32,000 nucleotides of DNA from Zymomonas mobilis subsp. mobilis ATCC 10988 (GTDB lineage: Bacteria > Pseudomonadota > Alphaproteobacteria > Sphingomonadales > Sphingomonadaceae). Below, one piece after another: positions 1-6,463 of the stretch. Position 1 is the stretch's first letter. Every line of letters begins with the position of its first letter. The DNA is taken from assembly GCF_000175255.2 (NCBI RefSeq), contig NC_017262.1:120001-152000 (forward strand), given 5' to 3'. The translations under genes were made by a program, and so were the position numbers. Under the pieces are notes generated by a model. The model was given only the letters and a program-made list of their open reading frames with translations, did no database searches and was not told the DNA's origin.

Positions 1-100
1 TTTTTTCTTCGATAATAGAGGTTGCCGTAGCGGCAAGCCCATCGACCTGCGTCTGTGCAAGGTCCTGACGGGCAAGAAACACATGCTCGTAAAGAGGCAT
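1..100 (-). CDS. rpsF: 30S ribosomal protein S6, N-terminal fragment (gene runs off the left edge)
   Basis: Not in the ORF track because it is open at the edge. The reverse complement of 1-100 reads ATG CCT CTT TAC GAG CAT GTG ... = [33 protein letters not shown], the conserved S6 N-terminus. An AAGGA Shine-Dalgarno (rc of 107-111) lies 6 nt upstream. Confidence 0.85.
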   Translation of the reverse strand, partial: MPLYEHVFLARQDLAQTQVDGLAATATSIIEEK

Positions 101-621
101 CGTCTGTCCTTAAATATTGGCCGATCGCTGACGTGGCACCATGCCAACGCCCCTCCGGCTGTCGTTTACTTAATTCGGGCCATTAAAAAATAACCGCCTC
201 AAACTAAGACGATCATTAAAAGATCATTGAATGGATAAAATCTTTTCCACTCAAAAACGCCCAGACATTTATAGGTCTGATAGGTGGGAGGCAATGCCGC
301 ATTTCGTCCTGTTTTGCAAGATGTTTTATAAAAAGAACATAATCGCGACTATCTTTTCCAAAAGACCGGATAGGCTTCCAAATAATCGGTTTATAAAACG
401 CAAAAGCCTTTTTCCCCGAAACAAAGCAATATTGTCAGCCATGACCAGCTGATATAAAGCCTATGGCATTATTATTTCTAAATAACGCGCTTTCCATAAA
501 GACAGAGGAAAGACCAAGGCTTTTCGACTGCTATGGGATATTGGCTCTTGCCATCGGTTATTTTTTTTGGCTGATATTCGGCCATTCTGTTTCAAGATAA
601 AATATATAAGGAATCTGATCC

Positions 622-1557
622 ATGCGTGCCTTTATCTTTCCCGGACAAGGAAGCCAGTCTGTCGGCATGGGGCAAGCGCTCGCAGATGCCAGTTTGGCGG
701 CTCGTCATGTTTTTGAAGAAGTCGATGAGGCGCTCAAACAAAATCTATTCCGCCTGATGTCGCAAGGTCCCGAAGAAGAATTACGGCTGACCGAAAATGC
801 CCAACCCGCGATCATGGCACATTCGATGGCCGTTCTCGCTATGCTTGAAAAAGAAGGCAATATCCGGCTGACAGATGCGGCCTCTTTTGTCGCTGGTCAC
901 AGCCTTGGTGAATATAGCGCTTTAGCCGCCGCCGATGCTTTTAATCTCCCGACTACAGCACGCCTATTGAAAAAACGCGGTCAAGCAATGCAGGCTGCGG
1001 TTCCCGTTGGGGAAGGCGGTATGGCCGCTATTTTGGGTCTGGATTTTGAAACAGTAGAATCCATTGCGCAAGAAGCTGCCGAAAATGATATCTGCCAAGC
1101 CGCTAATGATAATGCACCGGGGCAGGTCGTTATTTCGGGAAGCTTGGCCGCTATCGAACGCGCGGTTGCCCTTGCCAAAGACAAAGGCGCAAGACGAGCG
1201 GTTATGCTCGATGTGTCTGCGCCTTTCCATTGTAGCCTGATGCAGCCCGCTGCCGATGTCATGGCCAAAGCCTTACAAGAAAATAGGCCACGTCAGCCTA
1301 TCGTTCCCGTTTTTGCCAATGTGTCGGCTACGGCTGAAACTGACCCGACAAAAATCATGAATTTACTGGTGGAACAGGTAACCGGACGGGTGCGCTGGCG
1401 TGAATCCATTGCCGCGATGGCGGCCGCTGGCGTTGAGGAATTTGTTGAATTCGGCGGCAAGGTGCTTGCCCCGATGATTAAACGGATTGCCCCTGATTGC
1501 AAAGCCACCAGCCTGATCGCACCGGCTGACATCGAAAATTTTGCTGCCAGCTTATAA
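622..1557 (+). CDS. fabD: malonyl-CoA:ACP transacylase
   Basis: 311-aa ORF with N-terminal FPGQGSQ and the active-site GHSLGEYSA motif. It is followed by fabG. Confidence 0.95.
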   Translation: MRAFIFPGQGSQSVGMGQALADASLAARHVFEEVDEALKQNLFRLMSQGPEEELRLTENAQPAIMAHSMAVLAMLEKEGNIRLTDAASFVAGHSLGEYSALAAADAFNLPTTARLLKKRGQAMQAAVPVGEGGMAAILGLDFETVESIAQEAAENDICQAANDNAPGQVVISGSLAAIERAVALAKDKGARRAVMLDVSAPFHCSLMQPAADVMAKALQENRPRQPIVPVFANVSATAETDPTKIMNLLVEQVTGRVRWRESIAAMAAAGVEEFVEFGGKVLAPMIKRIAPDCKATSLIAPADIENFAASL

Positions 1558-1626
1558 TTCTATAGACTTTAATCAGCCCCTCTTCTGGTTCTATACTCTA
1601 ACCAGACAGGGGGCAGGAGAAAATCA

Positions 1627-2364
1627 ATGTTTGATCTTAATGGCCTGACTGCTCTTGTGACGGGTGCCTCTGGCGGCATTGGCTCTGCCATCGCCAAAGC
1701 CTTGGCCGATCAAGGCGCACAGGTTGCCTTATCGGGTACCCGTGAATCTGCGTTAAAAGAAGTCGCGGCAATTTTACCGAATGATCCGATTATTCTTCCC
1801 GCTAATCTCGGCCAAAAAGAAGATGTCGAACAGCTTGTCCCGCGCGCTTTAGAAAAGCTCGGCAAAATTGACATTCTGGTTAATAACGCCGGTATCACGC
1901 GCGACGGTTTAATGATGCGCATGAAAGATGAAGATTGGGCGGATGTTATCGCGCTTAATCTGGAATCCGTTTTCCGTCTTAGCCGTGCCGTCATCAGACC
2001 GATGATGAAGACCCGCTTTGGCCGCATTATCAATATCAGTTCAGTCGTCGGCCAGACCGGTAATGCCGGACAAGCCAATTATGCTGCGGCAAAGGCCGGC
2101 ATGATCGGCATGTCCAAATCACTGGCACGGGAAGTCGCCAGCCGTGGCATTACGGTGAACTGCATTGCTCCGGGTTTTATCGAAACCAAAATGACGGAGA
2201 TTCTTTCCGAACAACAGAAAGAAGCCGCCAAAAGCCAGATTCCGGCGGGTCGCTTTGGGGATATTCAGGATATCGCCGCTGCCGCTGTCTATCTTGCTTC
2301 CAAGGAAGCAGGCTATATGACAGGTCAAACACTCAGCGTTAACGGCGGCATGTCGATGCTTTAA
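1627..2364 (+). CDS. fabG: 3-oxoacyl-ACP reductase (SDR family)
   Basis: 245-aa ORF with TGASGGIG Rossmann motif, NNAGITRD, and catalytic YAAAKAG (YxxxK). It lies immediately downstream of fabD. Confidence 0.93.
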   Translation: MFDLNGLTALVTGASGGIGSAIAKALADQGAQVALSGTRESALKEVAAILPNDPIILPANLGQKEDVEQLVPRALEKLGKIDILVNNAGITRDGLMMRMKDEDWADVIALNLESVFRLSRAVIRPMMKTRFGRIINISSVVGQTGNAGQANYAAAKAGMIGMSKSLAREVASRGITVNCIAPGFIETKMTEILSEQQKEAAKSQIPAGRFGDIQDIAAAAVYLASKEAGYMTGQTLSVNGGMSML

Positions 2365-2425
2365 GCCGAAAAGACGGCATCATCAGAGGCATGGCCTTTG
2401 ATCTCGTATTCATAAGACGTTGTCA

Positions 2426-2465
2426 GGAACAGGATATCATCATATCCTGTTCCCGATTTTCTATT
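2426..2465 (+). terminator. rho-independent terminator of fabD-fabG
   Basis: Perfect 12-bp stem GGAACAGGATAT (2426-2437) / ATATCCTGTTCC (2442-2453) with a 4-nt loop, followed by the T-rich CGATTTTCTATTCTT. Confidence 0.8.
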
Positions 2466-2515
2466 CTTGGCCGTTTATGGCGTTTTTTTTCATCCCGTTA
2501 TTTTCTGGGGGTCAC

Positions 2516-3178
2516 TTGTCGATTTTTAAGTCCGGCTTTGCGCCTGTCATTACCCTGTCGCTTGCATCGCTTTTGCTCGGCGGTTGTGTCGTTCATCATG
2601 GCCAATTTGACGAAATGGGGTCAATGACTGTCCGGCGCAGCAGTTGTCCGGCTGTCGCGGTGCCTGACTATACCGGCGATGTCACGCTTTTTAATCCGTC
2701 CGATCAACGCACCGCTTCGGCTATTGATATCGAAGCCGTCATCACCAAATTAAGACCGAAATGCGATGATACCGCTTCTGGGCCCGTCGTCACGCATCTG
2801 ACCTTCACCGTTCAGGCAAGAAGACGCCATGTCGGCGGCGCAAGGGATATCACCTTACCTTATTTTGTGGCTGTTATGCGGGCAGGGACGCGGCTTCTTT
2901 CCAAAGAAATGGGAACGGTCAGAATCCATTTTGAACCCGGCCAGATGGCAACCGATACCGAAGTTACCACCAGTTCGGCCATTGACCACGATTCCGCCAC
3001 TTTGCCACGGGATATCATCCGGCAGTTGAACAAAGTCAGACAGGTTACCGATGTTGATGCCTCGGTTGACCCGACCAACGACCCGAAAGTCAGAGCTGCG
3101 ATGAAAGAGGCCAGCTTTGAAATGCTGGTCGGTTTCCAATTAACGGAACCTCAATTGGCCTATAATGCCACGCGGTAA
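2516..3178 (+). CDS. hypothetical lipoprotein
   Basis: The ORF-track start (2420) lies inside the fabG terminator stem. TTG at 2516 is preceded by GGGGG (2506-2510) and gives a canonical lipoprotein signal (M)SIFKSGFAPVITLSLASLLLGG-C. ATG at 2477 is the alternative start. I recognise no family. Confidence 0.6.
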   Translation: MSIFKSGFAPVITLSLASLLLGGCVVHHGQFDEMGSMTVRRSSCPAVAVPDYTGDVTLFNPSDQRTASAIDIEAVITKLRPKCDDTASGPVVTHLTFTVQARRRHVGGARDITLPYFVAVMRAGTRLLSKEMGTVRIHFEPGQMATDTEVTTSSAIDHDSATLPRDIIRQLNKVRQVTDVDASVDPTNDPKVRAAMKEASFEMLVGFQLTEPQLAYNATR

Positions 3179-3330
3179 CATTATTTAAGAAAAATCGGCT
3201 GGAATTTCGGCTAAAGAGAGCCGAATAAAAAATTAGGCAGATAAATGCGCTATCTTCTGGTAGAGAAGCGCAAATTTCGTCATTATAAGAAGATATAGAC
3301 CTTATTTTCGGGGTTTAGGGAGATTTCGAC

Positions 3331-3594
3331 ATGGGCGGCATGAGTATTACACATTGGATCGTTGTTGCGGTCGTCGTAATGATCTTTTTCGGAAAAGGTC
3401 GTTTTTCCGATATGATGGGCGATGTCGCAAAAGGCATTAAAAGCTTCAAAAAAGGCATGTCCGAAGACGATACCACGCCACCGGCAGCCCCACCGGCTCC
3501 GGCACCTCGCTTGGAAAATCAGCCCCTTCCGCCAGAAAACACGACGCAAAATGTGGCACAGAATGTGCCAAACGACATCAAAAACAATCAATAA
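3331..3594 (+). CDS. tatA: twin-arginine translocase subunit TatA/E
   Basis: [25 protein letters not shown]... has the typical TatA TM helix followed by an amphipathic helix. It precedes tatB-tatC. Confidence 0.93.
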   Translation: MGGMSITHWIVVAVVVMIFFGKGRFSDMMGDVAKGIKSFKKGMSEDDTTPPAAPPAPAPRLENQPLPPENTTQNVAQNVPNDIKNNQ

Positions 3595-3678
3595 CTGATT
3601 GTTCGAACAGAATATTACCTCAAACGGTCAGAAGGCTTAACGGCTTTCTATCCTTTGGCAGGTCGTGCGGATTTTTAA

Positions 3679-4137
3679 ATGTTTGATGTCGCCCCTTCAG
3701 AACTTTTACTCGTTGCGGTGGTCGCCTTGGTGGTGATCGGGCCCAAAGACCTACCCCGCGCTATGCGGGTCGTCGGTCGATGGCTCGGGAAAGCACGGAA
3801 ATTGAGCCGTCATTTCCGTTCCGGTATTGATGAAATGATTCGTCAATCCGAAATGGAAGATATGGAAAAACGCTGGGCAGAAGAAAACGCCAAGCTGCTT
3901 GCCGAAAATCAGGGGCAGGGCAATCAAACCGCTTCGACTTCTTCGCCAGCTACCCCATCGCCTGTTTCCGATGATCCAGCCGAACAAAATATTGTCTTCG
4001 CGTCTCCCGCTGATTTGGAAGTGAATACGGCAGACACAAGCCATCTTGCCGCCAATCATACGGAAACAGCCGCAACGACCGCTGCCTCGACTCCGGCCAC
4101 GCCCAAAGAAGCCGACCAGCAGGAAAAACAATCATGA
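3679..4137 (+). CDS. tatB: twin-arginine translocase subunit TatB
   Basis: MFDVAPSELLLVAVVALVVIGPKDLPRAMRVVGRWLGKAR is the TatB-type N-terminus. The gene overlaps the tatC start by 4 nt. Confidence 0.9.
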   Translation: MFDVAPSELLLVAVVALVVIGPKDLPRAMRVVGRWLGKARKLSRHFRSGIDEMIRQSEMEDMEKRWAEENAKLLAENQGQGNQTASTSSPATPSPVSDDPAEQNIVFASPADLEVNTADTSHLAANHTETAATTAASTPATPKEADQQEKQS

Positions 4138-4922
4138 GCGAGACGGACGACATTCATGACGAAGTGGATGAAAGCGCAGCCCCGCTGCTCGATCATCTTC
4201 TTGAATTACGAAAAAGACTACTCATCAGCTTGGTCGCCCTAGGCATAGCGTTCCTGCTTTGCCTCCATTTTTCCCGCTCTATTTTTGCGTTTCTGGTGCA
4301 ACCCTTACTTCGGGCAGGACAGGGCAGGCTGATCTATACTGATATTTTTGAAGCCTTTTTTGTCGATATCAAGGTGGCCTTTTTCGCCGCTATCATGCTC
4401 GCTTTTCCGATTGTCGCCATGCAGATATGGCGCTTTATCGCTCCGGGGCTTTACAGCAATGAAAAAAGGGCTTTCCTGCCTTTCTTGGTCATGACGCCGC
4501 TGTTATTTTTGGTCGGTGCCTCTATGGCCTATTATGTCGCCATGCCTATCGCCCTTCATTTTCTGCTCGGCTATCAAGGCAATATTGGCGGCGTGCAGCA
4601 AACGGCTCTACCCGCAGTCGGTAATTACCTGAATTTTGTGACAAAATTCATCTTCGGCTTTGGTGTCGCTTTTCTTCTGCCCCTCGTGCTGCTGCTGCTG
4701 GAACGGGCAGGCTTTGTCACTCGCCAACAATTGGTTGCAGGCCGTCGCTATGCGATTGTCGCCTCTGTGGCCATCGCTGCGGTTTTAACCCCGCCTGATA
4801 TCGTTTCACAATTATTGCTTGGGGTGCCTCTGATCCTGCTTTATGAAATGGCCTTGCTCGCTATGCTTTTCGGCGAAAAACGCCGCAAAAAAGAGACCGA
4901 CCTCGTCGTTGCAGAAGACTAA
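4134..4922 (+). CDS. tatC: twin-arginine translocase subunit TatC
   Basis: 262-aa polytopic membrane protein, N-terminal LLDHLLELRKRL motif, position after tatAB. Confidence 0.95.
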   Translation: MSETDDIHDEVDESAAPLLDHLLELRKRLLISLVALGIAFLLCLHFSRSIFAFLVQPLLRAGQGRLIYTDIFEAFFVDIKVAFFAAIMLAFPIVAMQIWRFIAPGLYSNEKRAFLPFLVMTPLLFLVGASMAYYVAMPIALHFLLGYQGNIGGVQQTALPAVGNYLNFVTKFIFGFGVAFLLPLVLLLLERAGFVTRQQLVAGRRYAIVASVAIAAVLTPPDIVSQLLLGVPLILLYEMALLAMLFGEKRRKKETDLVVAED

Positions 4923-4963
4923 ACCCCAATAAAAGATAAACCGTTTTTTCAATAAAAATCTTA

Positions 4964-4990
4964 AAAAAAGAGGGCGTTATGCCCTCTTTA
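4964..4990. terminator. bidirectional hairpin shared by tatC (plus) and the CRISPR array (minus)
   Basis: GAGGGC (4971-4976) / GCCCTC (4982-4987) stem. Seven A precede it on the plus strand, which gives a U7 tail on the minus-strand transcript. Only TTT follows it on the plus strand. Confidence 0.6.
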
Positions 4991-5011
4991 AAACCACCCC
5001 AATGCAATAAA

Positions 5012-5405
5012 ATCTAAGCAACTGCCTGCGCGGCAGTGAACAGATTTATCCACGCGCCAAGTCTTCCGTGGTCATTTCTAAGCTGCCTGTGCGGCAGTGA
5101 ACAGCCTGTCGCTGGTGGCCGGTAGCCTGTCGCTTTTCTAAGCTGCCTGTGCGGCAGTGAACTCTTGGTGTAGGACCGGTCGGCATAGGATTAAATTTCT
5201 AAGCTGCCTGTGCGGCAGTGAACTTGCAAGTTTAACTTCACATCAATCTGTAAAATTTTCTAAGCTGCCTGTGCGGCAGTGAACTTACCTATCCGCTTAT
5301 TTGAAGCGAACAATATTTTCTAAGCTGCCTGTGCGGCAGTGAACCGACTGCCGGACGTTCTGCGACACCTGAAATATTTCTAAGCTGCCTGTGCGGCAGT
5401 GAACT
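5012..5405 (-). CRISPR. type I-F CRISPR array, 7 repeats / 6 spacers, transcribed on the minus strand
   Basis: 28-nt repeat TTTCTAAGCTGCCTGTGCGGCAGTGAAC at 5076, 5136, 5197, 5258, 5318 and 5378. Its reverse complement, GTTCACTGCCGCACAGGCAGCTTAGAAA, is the I-F (Cas6f hairpin CTGCC...GGCAG) repeat family. A degenerate terminal copy sits at 5012-5042 (3-nt insertion, T>C). Spacers are 33/32/33/33/32/32 nt: 5043-5075, 5104-5135, 5164-5196, 5225-5257, 5286-5317, 5346-5377. Confidence 0.97.
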
Positions 5406-5560
5406 AGAGGCAAAAGATAGAATTGCCCCTAAAATAAAGGGATATCTCGCCAAAAAGGCAAAATAACCCTAAAAAATACGCCCATATGTAACATATTGAA
5501 TTGAAAGGATTTTTTATACCCTCGAAAAAAGAGGGTCAAAATAAGGGTCAAATTTGATCC
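5406..5560 (-). promoter_or_regulatory. CRISPR leader (A/T-rich) with candidate promoter and IHF-like site
   Basis: It abuts the intact, non-degenerate end of the array. On the minus strand there is TTGACC (rc 5535-5540; a second copy at rc 5547-5552), a 15-nt spacer, then TATAAA (rc 5514-5519). ATTCAATATGTTA on the minus strand around 5486-5498 matches the IHF consensus WATCAANNNNTTR with one mismatch. A 13-bp palindrome ATATGTAACATAT lies at 5485-5497. Confidence 0.55.
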
Positions 5561-5924
5561 CGCAAGAATCTTCACAATATCAAAAAGCCATCAATTCTTT
5601 AGGCCATGCTAATAAGAAAATCCATACTCAAGGCTAATACACACCGCTATTCTCTCGACCAATCTTCAGCGATGGGCAGCATTGAATGGCTCTTATTACC
5701 GTCTATCTTCGCTATGCTAGGGCTGAAAACTAAACGCATCCATTCCAAGACCTTCACTCGGCCATAAGGATGCCAACGTCAGAAAATAGGATATCGCGCA
5801 TTATCCGCGGTTAAAACAGCTTACAAAGGCAGCCATGCCGCAACAGGCCAAAATTAAACTCAATTTCGGCTATGCTTCAAAAATATACGGCGGTGTCTAA
5901 TCCAAAACCACGCGATAAAAGGAT

Positions 5925-5953
5925 AAAAAAGGCCGCTCTTCAAAAGAGCGACC
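5925..5953 (-). terminator. rho-independent terminator of the small lipoprotein gene
   Basis: The minus strand reads GGTCGCTCT-TTTGA-AGAGCGGCC (9-bp stem including one G.U) followed by TTTTTTATCC. It begins 8 nt after the stop codon at 5961. Confidence 0.75.
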
Positions 5954-5960
5954 TTATATT

Positions 5961-6095
5961 TTATTTATTTCTTTCAGCCGAATTAGACATCGACTGTCCG
6001 GCAGAAGAAAGATCTTGCCCGAAACCCTGTACCGTATTGCAAGCCGCCAAGGCCAAAACAGCGGATGCCATTAAACAATGTATCAAAATACGCAT
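5961..6095 (-). CDS. entericidin A/B-family small lipoprotein (44 aa)
   Basis: Below the ORF-track size cutoff. The reverse complement translates to MRILIHCLMASAVLALAACNTVQGFGQDLSSAGQSMSNSAERNK. It has a lipobox LAAC, and CNTxxGxGxDlxxxGxxisxxA resembles E. coli EcnA/EcnB. A GGGGGA SD lies 4-5 nt upstream, and a dedicated terminator follows. Confidence 0.8.
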   Translation of the reverse strand: MRILIHCLMASAVLALAACNTVQGFGQDLSSAGQSMSNSAERNK

Positions 6096-6224
6096 TATTC
6101 CCCCATCCGGTGCCTTATCTGCACCTTGTTCCAGATTTCATAAACGCTCTGGCATATGAAGAAATCGCCTTCACAGCAAAGTTCTTTTACTGAATTTATA
6201 TGAACCACAGAATAATGAAAAAAC

Positions 6225-6332
6225 ACAAAAAAATGACCCGGAATGTCAGTGAGGGGGGAGGAGGAGACATTCCGGATCATGAATTTTAAGAAAGTCAGGC
6301 TAAGGGGGGATAAGCCTACGGACAATCTTGCC
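6225..6332 (-). ncRNA. candidate ~105-nt sRNA with C-rich anti-SD loops (CcsR/cuckoo-like)
   Basis: Minus strand. Hairpin 1 is AGGCT/AGCCT (6317-6313 / 6301-6297) with loop UAUCCCCCCUU. Hairpin 2 is a perfect 10-bp stem CCGGAATGTC/GACATTCCGG (6275-6266 / 6247-6238) with the 18-nt loop UCCUCCUCCCCCCUCACU, followed by GUCAUUUUUUUGUGUUUUUUC. The ends are estimates: the 5' end from the upstream promoter-like motif and the 3' end from the U-tract. Confidence 0.5.
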
Positions 6333-6337
6333 AATAG

Positions 6338-6362
6338 AACTGACCGTGAAAAGGAAAGTTCC
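6338..6362 (-). promoter_or_regulatory. sigma-EcfG-type promoter candidate (GGAAC-N16-AGTT) upstream of the sRNA
   Basis: Minus strand: GGAAC (6362-6358), 16 nt, AGTT (6341-6338). The published alphaproteobacterial GSR promoter consensus is GGAAC-N16-17-CGTT. There is one mismatch, at the C. Confidence 0.4.
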
Positions 6363-6463
6363 AAGCTCCCGCATTATTTTTGTCGATTTTTAAGCACGCC
6401 CATAAAAAGGCATATCAGAACAAAAATATCGCCTATCACAAAGCCGACAACGTTTATCAGGGC

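Noticed and set aside
231-452. 73-aa ORF in the rpsF/fabD divergent intergenic region
   Set aside because: No Shine-Dalgarno, a basic low-complexity composition and no recognisable motif. The region is more plausibly promoters and leaders. I also looked for the S6:S18-binding rpsF leader structure in 101-230 (minus strand) but cannot verify it by eye.
2420-2476. ATG 2420 as the start of the lipoprotein ORF
   Set aside because: The codon lies upstream of and within the fabG terminator hairpin (2426-2453). The encoded N-terminal extension (MSGTGYHHILFPIFYSWPF) precedes a much better signal peptide.
5672-5767. 31-aa ORF MGSIEWLLLPSIFAMLGLKTKRIHSKTFTRP (hydrophobic then basic, type-I-toxin-like)
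   Set aside because: No SD, no adjacent antisense or terminator structure, and nothing beyond the composition. It is too weak to call.
6095-6132. GGAAC (rc of 6128-6132) 33 nt upstream of the entericidin-like ATG as a third EcfG promoter
   Set aside because: No GTT/CGTT element at N16-19 (the sequence is ...GGCACCGG...), and it is too close to the start codon. It is probably a chance match.
6215-6289. 24-aa plus-strand ORF MKKHKKMTRNVSEGGGGDIPDHEF spanning the big hairpin
   Set aside because: The G-rich codons are simply the complement of the C-rich sRNA loop. On the plus strand the hairpin lacks a proper U-tract. The minus-strand RNA interpretation explains more.
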